DNA of 64,000 nucleotides from an uncultured delta proteobacterium (GCA_963771465.1 CAVYTU010000013.1:96001-160000); one strand, 5' to 3'. Shown: positions 49,667 through 60,361, numbered from the stretch's first letter. Numbers and translations: made by a program. The notes: generated from the letters alone by a model not told the origin.

Positions 49667-50743
49667 TTATTTAGAATCGCCCACGGGCAAATTATACTTC
49701 AGCCGCATCTTGGTAATATAATCCTTTGCCTCTTTAGGAATCGCGATATGCTCGCGAATCACGGCTTCGATTTTTTCCGCGCTGTGGCCGCGCCAGCCGT
49801 CGCCGAAGAATTTATCGCCGTCTTTATCCACTTCCGGGTCCTTCATGACTTGCATAAATGCTTCGCGCAAAAGTTTGACAAGCTGATCCGGTGTGCCCTC
49901 GGGCGCGACTACATATTTATCAAGCTCCGGCGCGCCGGCCCACGCCTGGTAAGCTTGCCAAGCCAGCCCCGTGGGCTTTTTTGCACCCAAGAGCTCAACA
50001 AAAGTCGGCGCGTCGGAAAAATCGGCGCGCCGTTGATCCTCTTCGGTGCAGATGACCTGCACGACGCCCTCACGTTGCAGATCCTTTACCAGCTTGGCAT
50101 TTTGCGTCGCCCAGATATCGATTTCGCCCTGGCGGATGGCTAGCTGCAGCTCGCGGCTGCCGGGATAGCCGTAGATCCAGCGCAAATTCCAGCCAAGGTA
50201 TTCGGCGCCCCAAACCGTCATGGCGATCCAGTTGCGGATACCATCGGTGTCACCGACGACGACGGGTTTGGCGGCTTTGTTGGTGAACCGGTCGCGGGCG
50301 TCGTTGCGGATCATAAGCATACTTCCCGGTCGGGCGACTCCGCCGATGAGGCGAAATTTTCTTGGGTCATATTTGATCGAAGGCCCGCCACGAACGAAGT
50401 TCGCCACGCTGGAAGACGAATCTTGCATGATCGTCAGGCCGTCCGGTTTTACCTCGCTGGCGAAATAGTTGTTGGCGATGGTCGCACCGCCGCCGCCCAT
50501 ATTCTGGATGACTATCTTCGGATTACCCGGCAGATATTTCGGCAAGTAACGCGCTATGAGCCGGCCCGCGGTATCGGTGCCGCCGCCGGGACCCGAAGCG
50601 ATCAGAACGCGCAAGGTTTTGCCTTCATAGAACGGCGCCTGGGCCGCCGGTGCCGATGCCGCCAATGCGGCGACCAACCCCACCAGCGCAATAGACAGAG
50701 TGAATCTTGAATGCCGATTTTTCATGATCAGTTTAACCTCCAA
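49667..50743 (-). CDS. tctC: TctC/Bug family substrate-binding protein (tandem paralog)
   Basis: Same motifs; highly similar to 48555-49613. Confidence 0.88.
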   Translation of the reverse strand: MEVKLIMKNRHSRFTLSIALVGLVAALAASAPAAQAPFYEGKTLRVLIASGPGGGTDTAGRLIARYLPKYLPGNPKIVIQNMGGGGATIANNYFASEVKPDGLTIMQDSSSSVANFVRGGPSIKYDPRKFRLIGGVARPGSMLMIRNDARDRFTNKAAKPVVVGDTDGIRNWIAMTVWGAEYLGWNLRWIYGYPGSRELQLAIRQGEIDIWATQNAKLVKDLQREGVVQVICTEEDQRRADFSDAPTFVELLGAKKPTGLAWQAYQAWAGAPELDKYVVAPEGTPDQLVKLLREAFMQVMKDPEVDKDGDKFFGDGWRGHSAEKIEAVIREHIAIPKEAKDYITKMRLKYNLPVGDSK

Positions 50744-50964
50744 TTTCTGCTCGCGCCCAATTCATCGGCCCATGGCGCGTCAGGTTATCGACAATCCATC
50801 GAGCGCGGGCATCATACACAAAAACAGCGCTTGGCAACAATCATTTTGCAATTTTCCGAGATCGCGTGTCGAGGCTGTGATGGGGCCAATCCTGAAAGTC
50901 GCTGTGGGTCAGCGAAAGGATTGTTGAAGCTGCTTTGACAAGGTGCTAGAAGAGATCTGCCAGT

Positions 50965-51041
50965 GGTCGCATAGCTCAGTTGGTTAGAGCGCGCGCCTCA
51001 CATGCGCGAGGTCGTAGGTTCAAGTCCTACTGCGACCACCA
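50965..51041 (+). tRNA. tRNA-Val(CAC)
   Basis: GGTCGCA/TGCGACC acceptor stem, D arm, CGCGC-CTCACAT-GCGCG anticodon arm, GTTCAAGTC T loop, encoded CCA. Confidence 0.95.
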
Positions 51042-51317
51042 TATTTGCTAGTGTAAAGAACCGCCCACTTTTGTCCTTCTTCGAGACGGTCGCGGGCGCC
51101 CACGGCAACCGATACGTCAGGGTGATTTTTTGCCGCGAACCCGTACTTCCCTAATAATTTACTTCAAAAATTCTCTTTTCGACCCGATTGCTCGTTCTTT
51201 CCGTCGCTTCTGCATTTCTCTTATGTGTGAGCGTGCATCAGAGCGGTAGGAATCTGTCGGATTTCGGCCTTAAAAGTAGTCACTTTATTGAAAAGTACCA
51301 AATAAAATTATGAAACC

Positions 51318-51491
51318 CTACTCTTCCGCGGCGGCCGAAAGAATCTCTTCTTGCGTCGCTTTCAGCCAGTATTCTGTAGGGTCGTTTTTCAATTTGACTG
51401 GCGTCAGTGAGCCTTCAACGTCGTGCGTTACACGCTCAAAAGTTTGAAAATTTACTTCAATCATCCTGCCGTCGGCATTTTCAAATTTCAT
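51318..51491 (-). CDS. Small hypothetical protein (57 aa)
   Basis: Open frame MKFENADGRMIEVNFQTFERVTHDVEGSLTPVKLKNDPTEYWLKATQEEILSAAAEE; weak RBS. Confidence 0.35.
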   Translation of the reverse strand: MKFENADGRMIEVNFQTFERVTHDVEGSLTPVKLKNDPTEYWLKATQEEILSAAAEE

Positions 51492-51951
51492 AATCTAGAA
51501 ATAACATGCTGCATGCCTTGATAAAAGATACCCCACGATTCGGGTTCGCTAAAAACTGGATCGACGGTAATATGATTATAAAGGAGGAAATGAAGAAAAA
51601 CTTATTTTAATAACGCGGAGGCACCTTCCCGTCATCCACACGTTTTCACTCCTTGCACATCCTCATTCCTATGGCCAACCGACACTGTCGTTATTTCAGC
51701 GGCTCGCTAACCCAGAGTTGATTGGTTTAGAGGTGTGTTCTTGTAAGAGAAAGTCTTACTGCTGCCCTGCCGTGGCTGCCTTCTGTTTGCGGCAGTTCGT
51801 CGAGAATACTGGCAACGATTGAGGTGGGCGCGCAGCTCTTTACCGCTGTCTGCACGAAATGCCGCGGCAGGATTTCATAGGCCACACAGCTATTAAACAT
51901 GCGGAAGGAGTCGCGAACTGGAACCGCAAGGCATAAGGATTTTGCTCCGTC

Positions 51952-52275
51952 TCATATGCAGGGTCCAACGACAAGATCAGTCGTTCGACCTTGGGCACCG
52001 CAGCGCATGATGACGTCACTAGGTTTGGGCAACGGTACGGCGAGCGGCGGATAAAGATTGTATGGATTTACTTGGCGACCTTGTCCCGAAACACAGTGGC
52101 CTGTAACGTAATCTACACCAAGACCCTTCGCTCCACATGCCACATTTGACTGGCTTGTTTTATCCCGAGCCGGATTAGCTCCACTAGAATTTGGGAGATT
52201 CTGACTAAGGCTCACACTCGGCAAAAACAATAGAGAAATCATTAGCGATGGTATCAAGAAACTTACCTGCCGCAT
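51952..52275 (-). CDS. Small secreted protein with two Cys-paired repeats
   Basis: GGAGG RBS, signal peptide; CGAKGLGVDYVTGHCV and CGAQGRTTDLVVGPCI. Confidence 0.6.
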   Translation of the reverse strand: MRQVSFLIPSLMISLLFLPSVSLSQNLPNSSGANPARDKTSQSNVACGAKGLGVDYVTGHCVSGQGRQVNPYNLYPPLAVPLPKPSDVIMRCGAQGRTTDLVVGPCI

Positions 52276-52855
52276 GTCGGTTACCTCCTGATCTAGCACT
52301 TAATAACGGTCAACGGGCAATTGTACGAGTTTTCTCCGCCATTAGGCAAATCACCGCAACAGCGCTATTGAAGAATAGTCAGCTATAGTCCTCACAGGCG
52401 TCCCCTAGAATCGCGCAGGAATGGGCTTGACGACTTATCCGCACACATAGACAATGCGCCATGCGCCAAGGCAAGCCGACTCGTCGCTCCTGGAAGTGGA
52501 CCTTGCCTGCCTTTGTCGGCCCACCGGAATCTACAAATTGACTGTTGATATACATCGATGGTAGCCGGCTTTTTAACGTCAGAAAAGCGCCCAATGAACT
52601 CGGCGCCCTGGCGGGCGATCGGAGCGCAGCTCGCGATTCAGATTCAGCACCGTCTCAGGTTGATTAACTTCTTAAGCTACTTCACAAACCTGTCCAATAT
52701 TTTTTCTGCCGTGACAAGGACGGTCAAAAGAACGAGCTTTTTTCGGCCACTTTTGCCAATCGGGTGACGCACTATCCAGTGTACTGCCAGCTAAGTCCGG
52801 GAAATTTCACCCATTCCTTGCGCTTCTTCCTAGCAGAGCAGTGACGCTCATGACC

Positions 52856-52871
52856 CGGCACACCCATTGCT
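52856..52871 (+). promoter_or_regulatory. Sigma54 promoter
   Basis: CGGCAC-ACCCA-TTGCT, about 40 nt before the receiver gene. Confidence 0.7.
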
Positions 52872-52909
52872 CTAAACAGGCGTGACTTCTCGCTCTCTCT
52901 GGAGAATGG

Positions 52910-53353
52910 ATGCTTAGAAACATAGAATCAGAGACTAAGCCTATCTCTCTTACCGTGATCGTTGCCGATAAACATCCCATTGCTCGGGCCGCACTCGCTA
53001 GTTTCTTGACGTATGACGGATATCGAGTGTTCCAAGCAGACAGTCTTGCCGCGGCTGTTTCCTATATCAATTACAATGAGAATCTCTCCGTACTCATTGC
53101 GGACCTCGAAATGCCGGACTGGAGATCGATTGTGCGACATGCGGTAAGGACAACCCATGCTCTGGTGATGGGCATGGAGGGGAATCATTCAATTCCCGAA
53201 ATGTATGACCTTCACGAGCACGGTCTTCGGCTCTGTTTGCAGAAACCGATCAACTACAATGACGTGCGCGGAGCGATTGAAAAGAATGTGTTACGTCCTC
53301 GTGTGCCAAAACTTGAATATGCGCATTGGTTCGGCTCCGCTGTAATGCATTGA
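52910..53353 (+). CDS. Stand-alone atypical response regulator receiver
   Basis: VIVADKH...GYRV...IADLEMPD...LQKP. Confidence 0.7.
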   Translation: MLRNIESETKPISLTVIVADKHPIARAALASFLTYDGYRVFQADSLAAAVSYINYNENLSVLIADLEMPDWRSIVRHAVRTTHALVMGMEGNHSIPEMYDLHEHGLRLCLQKPINYNDVRGAIEKNVLRPRVPKLEYAHWFGSAVMH

Positions 53354-53625
53354 AGGAATTCCGTCCGTTCTCATCGATTGCAACCACTTCCCCATCGATT
53401 AGCGTGTTTGGCGGCAGCTTTGCGCAAGCACTGGCGCCATCGCGGAACCGCGTTCGTGAATCCATTGTCCCGACGTGACCAGAGCGTAACGCCGCTGTAC
53501 TCGGCCGCAAGGCATCGGTAGCCATCAAGACTGGCCTCATAGCTGCCAGGGTCGCCGGATGGCAGCTCGGTAACGGCATGTGCGTACATCGGTTCGATGA
53601 ACGCCAGTTTAACTCGCGGTATTGT
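53300..53625 (-). pseudogene. ATP-dependent DNA ligase (LigD-type) fragment
   Basis: FIEPMYA..V.ELP.G...YEASLDGYR...LWSR; after a frameshift, IDGEVVAIDENGR.SFNALQ. Catalytic K of KxDG is missing and the gene is truncated. Confidence 0.75.
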
Positions 53626-53773
53626 TGAAACTTCTATCCGAGCATTTAATTACAGCGGGAGATTGTGTTGATGGAATTTGAGATTTGATTCCCGCCGACT
53701 TGGATATCATGCCTGAGGCATAAATTTTCGCTAGGGCAATTCATCTTTTCAGGCGGCATGGCATTATAGAGGT

Positions 53774-54400
53774 ATGGGGAGAGTAACTAGAGACCTGGGC
53801 CTCTTTTCAATCTCGACAAAAGTTCCAGATGGATTCATTTATCGCCCAAGCTTTATCTCGGAGGCCGAAGAGCACGAACTTATTGGCGAGATTCAGAAAA
53901 TTAATCTTGCGCCGTTTAAATATTATCAATTTACAGGGAAGCGACGAACAGCTAGCTTTGGTTGGGAGTACGAGTTTGGCACGAGTGACATCACACCAAC
54001 TCGGGATCTGCCGGCATTTCTTCTACCATTCCGGAGACGCGCAGGACAGCTTTTCAACATTGATCCGAACGTCCTGGTTCAAGCATCCATTATTGAGTAT
54101 TCCATCGGCGCGCCGATCGGATGGCACCGGGACATTCCGCAGTTTGGCAATGCAATAGGCATTTCTCTTGGCGCGCCGTGCCGAATGAGGTTTCGCAAAT
54201 GTAGCCGCAACCGGTCGAAGGTTGGTCGTGATGAAATATTGTCAATCGAACTAGAACCGCGCTCAATTTATTTCATGAGCGGCGCGGCGCGAGAGATCTG
54301 GCAGCATTCAATACCGCCGGTGAAGGAGCTACGCTACTCGGTCGTGATGAGGACTCTGCGCGTGAAACCAAAACTTATAAAAGATAGAGATGGCGAATGA
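53774..54400 (+). CDS. AlkB family 2OG-Fe(II) dioxygenase
   Basis: IGWHRD, ISLG, WQHSIPP, RYSVVMR. Confidence 0.88.
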   Translation: MGRVTRDLGLFSISTKVPDGFIYRPSFISEAEEHELIGEIQKINLAPFKYYQFTGKRRTASFGWEYEFGTSDITPTRDLPAFLLPFRRRAGQLFNIDPNVLVQASIIEYSIGAPIGWHRDIPQFGNAIGISLGAPCRMRFRKCSRNRSKVGRDEILSIELEPRSIYFMSGAAREIWQHSIPPVKELRYSVVMRTLRVKPKLIKDRDGE

Positions 54401-54919
54401 TGCCCGGGTCGGGTGTGGTGCTAGCAGCCGGAGTTCTCATACTCACCCATCGCCGATAATTATTCAGTTGAAAATCGCAGCCCTGGTGCTAGCTAACGGT
54501 TCGACAATTCCATCACTAGTCGATAACTTCGGGTGGCGGGGGCGTTCGGAATGAACCTTCATCTCTCGAGGTATTAGGTCGCAAGGATTTTCAGACCGCA
54601 GAGCAGCAACCCAGGAGCGTGCTGACGCGGTGGTCTTGTTGCAAAACGGTGTCGCTGCTGCTCACCGGACAGAGATTGCAGAATTTGCAATAAGGAAAAG
54701 GTTTTTTCGTCAGCCTTCTTGGCTTCCTACCTTCGCTGTCATGGGAGTTCACGTCCGCAAGGAATTATTTGGATATTTTACATTGCACAACATTTGTTCG
54801 GCGAAGCGGTAGAGATAAAGGGTCTACTCCTGCATTTGACATGAACGTTGGTAATAGAAGAAACTATGCCGAATAATATCTGATTTGCAGAAACTAGGTT
54901 TGAGAAAAAGGGGCTGTTT

Positions 54920-55318
54920 GTGAGTAAAAAAGACGATCCGACGCTGTGGGACGTGGTGGCATTTGGTAGTATGTCCGTGGCAATGTTCACGGGTTTTTCC
55001 TTATGCCTCGGTCTTGGCTTTCTGGCTATTATCTTTTTCGGATTGTGGGACGCAATGGGCCAAACATTTGAAAAGTCGATCATCTCCTTTAGCCTTTTTG
55101 ACATCTCTACACTTTTTGGTAGTTGTTCGGTGATCCTTTTTGGAGCGGGTGTGGGCAGAATAATGGGTGCTGATTGGATGCATAGTGCGGAGCGGTGGTT
55201 CAAGACCACGGAAGAATGGGCACAAGAACAGGTAGGTATTGAGACGCGCGGGTTTCGTTGCGTATGGCTTGCTAGTATGAAAAATGTCCGACGGATATTT
55301 TCAAGCCGACATCACTGA
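54920..55318 (+). CDS. Hypothetical membrane protein
   Basis: Two hydrophobic segments; no recognisable motif. Confidence 0.35.
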   Translation: MSKKDDPTLWDVVAFGSMSVAMFTGFSLCLGLGFLAIIFFGLWDAMGQTFEKSIISFSLFDISTLFGSCSVILFGAGVGRIMGADWMHSAERWFKTTEEWAQEQVGIETRGFRCVWLASMKNVRRIFSSRHH

Positions 55319-55804
55319 ATGAGGTTAAGTCGCACAACATCTGGATTTGCGACACGAACATGGGTCAAGCATCACGGCTTGGCCCTTTTTTTACGGTTAG
55401 GGATATTCACCATTGACAAAAGGTCAATATTTGCTTTGCTGTTGCGTTAGAGAGAGCGCGCGGTAGGAAACAAAGCGGGAAGAGTGAGACGCAAACCCTT
55501 GGAAGAATTGATTGCCAGTTGGAACCGAAGCCGAAATAATTCGTCGCAGCCATCGATGACGCGATCGCTTGCGACAATAAATTCTCCGACTGTTCAGAGT
55601 GGCTCGTCTGAGCGCGACGCTATGCCGACGCGATCAACTTCTTGCAAGTAGAATGTGTGCCGCTGCCGACCAGTAGCCTGCTGCTCCAAAAGGCTTTCGA
55701 AGTGACCTTTTAAAACCGCAACAACTTATAGGTTATGCCAGCTCCGACTGCGAGCGAGTGCTCGCGGGTCAATCGGCCGCGGCGACTACGCCATCGTTTC
55801 CGGT

Positions 55805-56254
55805 TTACACTGATAGTAATCGGTCAAAAAAAGATCGGTAACTGCGCAGCGCTAGGCGCAGCTCCTCCGTCGAAACCTTTTCGGAGTGCTCCCATTCAGA
55901 TTCTAAGCGGCTCCTTTGATCGCTAAAGCTTTTTGCTAACTGTTGCATAAGCTCAGCTACCAGTTCATCAGCCTGTTCGACGGCCCGGCGCGGCTCGTCG
56001 ACGAAACCGGTTTGGATGTTTTGCCAGCGGGAGCGGAACTCTTTTCCCTCATTTGGAGAGAGCAGCGGACTTAGCGCTTCGCCGTTTGTTCGCTCCAAAT
56101 GCGCTGGAACTCCGTTAGCCGGCTCGTCCTTTGCGACCAATTTACGGTCCTGATCGGAATGCTCAAAGTCTGCCTTGTCGCTCTCCGCCCGCGCCATATC
56201 CTTCGTCGTCAATTTCTTGCTTTCCGACACTTCCATCGTACGTGCCTCCTTCAA
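55805..56254 (-). CDS. Conserved hypothetical protein
   Basis: RWQNIQTGFVDEPRRAVEQAD...STEELRLALRSYRSFFDRLL; same domain as the upstream gene. Confidence 0.75.
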   Translation of the reverse strand: MKEARTMEVSESKKLTTKDMARAESDKADFEHSDQDRKLVAKDEPANGVPAHLERTNGEALSPLLSPNEGKEFRSRWQNIQTGFVDEPRRAVEQADELVAELMQQLAKSFSDQRSRLESEWEHSEKVSTEELRLALRSYRSFFDRLLSV

Positions 56255-56862
56255 TGGTTTGGCTGAACACCCGAGGATTTACCGTTGCGCAGTCGCACGG
56301 TCTTGCTTTTATCGCTGCTTACGTCAGGTTCTTCGGATTTGAGAAGATCGTCGAACAATATCCGATAGTGGACAAGCGCCTGCCGTAGCTCTTCAGTGCT
56401 CGCGTTGGACTTTTCGCTGCGGTCTGCGATGCGAGTGGCGGCTCGAAAATTTTCGACGACATGGGGATGGTCGACCGATATATCCGCAGCCGACTGCTCG
56501 AAATCGGTTAACGGGTAGCCGCACCGCTGCATTACCTCTTGAACCAGCCGGTGTGCGTCGGAGACTGCACTATCGGGTTGATCCACAAAGCGGTTTTGAA
56601 CCACTATCCAGTTTTCCCGATATCGCGCCCGTTCGGCACGTGGCAAAGAGACGATATTGAATTTGCGGACTCTTTTTTCGCGCTTGCTCAGCTCCGCTTC
56701 TGCGCTCTGTTGGCTTTGGTACGCGCTAACTGTCTTATCGTATTCCGGTCCGAAACGTTCACGTAACCGCTCGGTTGTTTTTCGACGCGCAAAAAACCAA
56801 ATTCCGAAGCCGATCAAAATTAACGCAATCGCGCTAAGAGCAATAATAAGTTCATTAGTCAT
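56251..56862 (-). CDS. Conserved membrane-anchored hypothetical protein
   Basis: N-terminal TM; RFGPEY, W..VQ.RFVDQP, STEELRQALVHYR. Confidence 0.8.
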   Translation of the reverse strand: MTNELIIALSAIALILIGFGIWFFARRKTTERLRERFGPEYDKTVSAYQSQQSAEAELSKREKRVRKFNIVSLPRAERARYRENWIVVQNRFVDQPDSAVSDAHRLVQEVMQRCGYPLTDFEQSAADISVDHPHVVENFRAATRIADRSEKSNASTEELRQALVHYRILFDDLLKSEEPDVSSDKSKTVRLRNGKSSGVQPNH

Positions 56863-56896
56863 AGATCACCTGTGCTTGGTATTTCTTGCAATAAAC

Positions 56897-56912
56897 CGCA
56901 AACAGTGTGCCA
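56897..56912 (-). promoter_or_regulatory. Sigma54 promoter
   Basis: TGGCAC-ACTGT-TTGCG, 35 nt before ATG 56862. Confidence 0.8.
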
Positions 56913-57486
56913 TTTAATTTTGGCACTAACACGGGGCTTGCAGAAAAGCGGCGTCACATTTCTGCAAACATTTGCTGCCGTTCATCGCAAATTTGGGACA
57001 CGAAAATGCGGGCGCGATGTGGTGTTTCGAGCAGCGCCCGGGTCGCAATGAGATGATTTGCTGCGTAGTCATCTAAGATAAATTTCCTTCCTTACCCTCT
57101 GAACATCACATGCAGCGAGACAATGATCGTCGCCGTATGCCGAGATTGATCGAGCGGCTATGAATATTGCGTGACCGCGTTTGGAGGGAAAACCAATTTG
57201 CCGCCCGAGGCAGAAAATCGCGCCGGGGCAAAGGAGCTTGAAGTGACCTGCACGAGCCGAGAATGCAAGCCGTCGGAGCAGTAGCAATTGACGTATGCTG
57301 CTGAAACTTTTTGGCCCACCTAAAAGTTGGACTCAAAATTGCCTATTGATACGGTAGAGTTGCAAGTTTTCCGAGTGTGACACGCGCACGGCAAGCTGAG
57401 GAGATTGTTTAAGCTGGCTTTTTGTGAGCGCGGCCGCAACGAGGGCTTGAATTCGTAATCATCTTTATGATTATGTACTTCGGGAA

Positions 57487-57536
57487 CGTCCCAAATTCGG
57501 GACGGTCAGTAATGCATTTGTCCCGTAAATGAGACA
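57487..57536. promoter_or_regulatory. Tandem palindromic enhancer (UAS) sites
   Basis: CGTCCC-AAATTC-GGGACG (57487) and TGTCCC-GTAAAT-GAGACA (57519), 32 bp apart. Confidence 0.7.
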
Positions 57537-57576
57537 GACTCCTTCGTGAAATCTTTATAAACCGCAGTCTCATTTT

Positions 57577-57592
57577 TGGTACGGGGATTGCC
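57577..57592 (+). promoter_or_regulatory. Sigma54 promoter of the NtrC-family gene
   Basis: TGGTAC-GGGGA-TTGCC. Confidence 0.7.
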
Positions 57593-57625
57593 CTAAAATG
57601 CTCTTATAAAAAAGAGGAGAGTGTC

Positions 57626-58981
57626 ATGCAAGGTAGTATTCTTGTTGCCGAAGATGAATTGTTGCCCAGAAAAAATATCTGCCGGGTTCTCGAAGAGGAG
57701 GGTCTATATCAGATTCATGAAGCCGCTGATGGGAACGCGGCAATAGAAGCAGTCGACAAAAACGATTTAGATTTGGTTCTGCTGGACTTAAAGATGCCGG
57801 GTGCGGACGGTATGACGGTGCTCCAGCATGTGCGACAGGCTTCGCCCCAGACGTTAGTCCTGATCATGACTGCTTATGCATCGCTCGAAACCTCGGTTGA
57901 GGCGCTCCGCCTGGGAGCGCAGGATTATATTTTTAAACCAATCGTGCTCGACGGCGTGGTGAAGAAAGTGCGCACGTTGATGGAGAACAAGCGGCTTGCT
58001 TGGGAGATCCAGACGCTACGCCGGCAAATTAATCTGGAATTCGAGGGCACCGAATTGATCGGAAACAGCCCCGCCAACGCGGAAATTCTCGAGGTGATCG
58101 AGAAAGTTGCTCCGACCAACTCGACCGTTTTAATTAGTGGCGAGAGCGGTGTCGGAAAAGAGGTCGTCGCGCGTACTATTCACAACCAAAGCGCGCGCCG
58201 CGACAAAGTCTTTCTCGCGGTCAACTGCAGCGCGATTCCGGAAACCCTGCTGGAAAGCCAACTCTTCGGTCACGTTAAAGGCGCCTTTACGGGTGCGTCG
58301 AATTATCAAGAGGGTTTGTTTCAGCGCGCCAACGGCGGGACTATTTTTTTGGACGAGATTGGCGAGATGCCGCTCATGTTGCAGCCGAAAATTTTGCGCG
58401 CCATTGAAGAAAGAGCGGTAACGCCCATTGGCGCAGCCAAGCCGCTTCAAGTGGATGTGCGGATCATTGCCGCGACCAACCGGGAGCTAAAGGAGGAAGT
58501 GGATGAGGGAAAGTTTCGCGGCGACTTGTATTACCGCTTGAATGTCATTCATCTGCAGATCCCACCGCTGCGTGAGCGGCGGGAAGACATCCCGCTCTTG
58601 GTTGAACACTTCATCCGCCGCCAGAATAGCGAGCTCAAGAAAAACTACCAGGGCGTGGAAAGCAGTGCGTTGAAGGTACTCATGTCGCTGCCCTGGAAAG
58701 GCAATATTCGCGATCTCAACAACGTGCTCGAGCGCGCCATGATCCTCGGCAATGGCGAGTGGATTACGGTTAAAGATCTACCGCGCTGGGAAGTGCCCGA
58801 GGTCGATGTCTCCCGCAGCGTCGGTCACGATCTCAGGCGGACGGTTCGCGCCTATGAAAAAAGTCATATCGAAAATGTTCTGAAGGAAACTCACGGCGAC
58901 CGTACCCAGACCGCAGAATTGCTCGGCCTGAGCCGCTCATCTTTGTATCGTAAGATCGAAGCGTTAGGGATTCAATCTTAA
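57626..58981 (+). CDS. Sigma54-dependent enhancer-binding response regulator (NtrC/AtoC family)
   Basis: Receiver (AEDE, DLKMP, KP), GESGVGKE, GAFTGA, LDEIGE, WKGNIR, Fis-type HTH. Confidence 0.95.
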   Translation: MQGSILVAEDELLPRKNICRVLEEEGLYQIHEAADGNAAIEAVDKNDLDLVLLDLKMPGADGMTVLQHVRQASPQTLVLIMTAYASLETSVEALRLGAQDYIFKPIVLDGVVKKVRTLMENKRLAWEIQTLRRQINLEFEGTELIGNSPANAEILEVIEKVAPTNSTVLISGESGVGKEVVARTIHNQSARRDKVFLAVNCSAIPETLLESQLFGHVKGAFTGASNYQEGLFQRANGGTIFLDEIGEMPLMLQPKILRAIEERAVTPIGAAKPLQVDVRIIAATNRELKEEVDEGKFRGDLYYRLNVIHLQIPPLRERREDIPLLVEHFIRRQNSELKKNYQGVESSALKVLMSLPWKGNIRDLNNVLERAMILGNGEWITVKDLPRWEVPEVDVSRSVGHDLRRTVRAYEKSHIENVLKETHGDRTQTAELLGLSRSSLYRKIEALGIQS

Positions 58982-59020
58982 AATCTTGTCGGCGGATTTG
59001 AAGTTATTCATTTCCGCGCC

Positions 59021-59461
59021 TCAATGCACCGCCATACTTGGTTCTTCCGGCGGCGGTAGCGCTTTCCTTTTGGGACGGCGCCCCAGATGGGAAAGCGCGG
59101 CGACTAGGCCGTGCATCGCCGCGCTCGCTTCGCGCACCACGGCCGCAGCGCCGGTGGTTGTCTTCGTGCCGATCCGCTCGATTCCGTCGAGAAGACCGTT
59201 GACTTTTTGTTGCACGCGGGAGGAGATTTGGTTTCCAACCTGGCCGTAATGGCTCGCTTGCTTGTTGATTTCATCCATCAGTCGGACGACCTGCTCCGTA
59301 ACGGCCTTAGTTTGATCGGATAAGCGAGCGACGGTCTTTTCGACTTCGGCGGCTAATTTGGCGACTCGGCGAAAGATGACAAATAATATAATTGCTTGAG
59401 CCGCTGAGGCGACAGCCATGACGCCGATAAATACCGTCAGATAGGTCACGTAAGATTCCAC
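59021..59461 (-). CDS. Membrane-anchored coiled-coil protein (DUF948/YtxG-like)
   Basis: TM helix plus heptad region; downstream of the YtxH-like gene. Confidence 0.6.
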   Translation of the reverse strand: MESYVTYLTVFIGVMAVASAAQAIILFVIFRRVAKLAAEVEKTVARLSDQTKAVTEQVVRLMDEINKQASHYGQVGNQISSRVQQKVNGLLDGIERIGTKTTTGAAAVVREASAAMHGLVAALSHLGRRPKRKALPPPEEPSMAVH

Positions 59462-59489
59462 GGTGGCTCCTTATCTGTGAATGCGGTTT

Positions 59490-59831
59490 CTAATCACGCT
59501 GACGATCACTAAATTCGCTGCGAATCTCTTCCTTCGTCTCTCTATACGCCTGCTTGCCAGCATCGACAGCGTCATTTACGCTGGATCGGCCGCCTTCAAC
59601 ATATTGCTTGCCTTTCTCAATCGCGCTATGCGCAATCTCGCTCAGCTGGCGGCTGCGCCGCTCTAGCGCTTCGCGGCCCTTGTCCGTTGTTTCTCGAATA
59701 GCATGACGTATATCCTGACCGGTTCGCGGCGCGAATAAGAGACTAATTGCGGCGCCGATACCGATACCCAACAATATATAACCTATTTTACCGTCACCAG
59801 TGCCCTTAGCTTCCATGCCGTGGTTCTCCAT
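59490..59831 (-). CDS. YtxH domain protein
   Basis: GIGIGAAISLLFAPRTG..IR. Confidence 0.85.
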   Translation of the reverse strand: MENHGMEAKGTGDGKIGYILLGIGIGAAISLLFAPRTGQDIRHAIRETTDKGREALERRSRQLSEIAHSAIEKGKQYVEGGRSSVNDAVDAGKQAYRETKEEIRSEFSDRQRD

Positions 59832-59927
59832 TGGTTTTCCCCTTCACTGTTTAGATTTTCTTATCACCAAGCACGAATGATCGCAGACTATTTAATTTTG
59901 ATCGACGACCCTTTAGCGCCAAGTTTC

Positions 59928-60134
59928 TTAATGCGTGTCGATATTATTCGTCCAATCGGCGACGCGGCGCTCCGCCTCATCTTTGCTCAGGCCGTATCTC
60001 TCCTGGATCTTGCCAACCAACTGATCGCGTTTGCCAGCGATCTTATCCAGCTCGTCGTCGGTGAGATCGCCCCAATTTTCTTTGATCTTACCTTTCATTT
60101 GTTTCCACTGTCCTGAAATTGTGTCCCAGTTCAT
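59928..60134 (-). CDS. CsbD family general stress protein (YjbJ-like)
   Basis: [29 protein letters not shown]...GKIQERYG. Confidence 0.92.
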   Translation of the reverse strand: MNWDTISGQWKQMKGKIKENWGDLTDDELDKIAGKRDQLVGKIQERYGLSKDEAERRVADWTNNIDTH

Positions 60135-60177
60135 AACGTACCTCCACAAAGAGAATTTGCCAACGACCGATTAAACG

Positions 60178-60193
60178 AGCAAAAGATGTGCCC
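60178..60193 (-). promoter_or_regulatory. Sigma54 promoter upstream of csbD-ytxH
   Basis: GGGCAC-ATCTT-TTGCT. Confidence 0.75.
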
Positions 60194-60361
60194 GCAGCGA
60201 ATTTAGGAGAGCTCTATCAGAGAGGTCAGGTAAATCGCAAGTCTAAGACAACAGAACTTGTAATGTTTCGGTGATGGGACAAATTGCCATTCGTCTCACG
60301 CGCCGCCAGAGTACAAACGTCAATGTAGCGCGGCCATTCGGTCCGCCAACAACGACCGTGG

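Noticed and set aside
53745-53770. Sigma54 promoter upstream of the AlkB gene (CGGCATGGCATTATA)
   Set aside because: No GC at the -12 position
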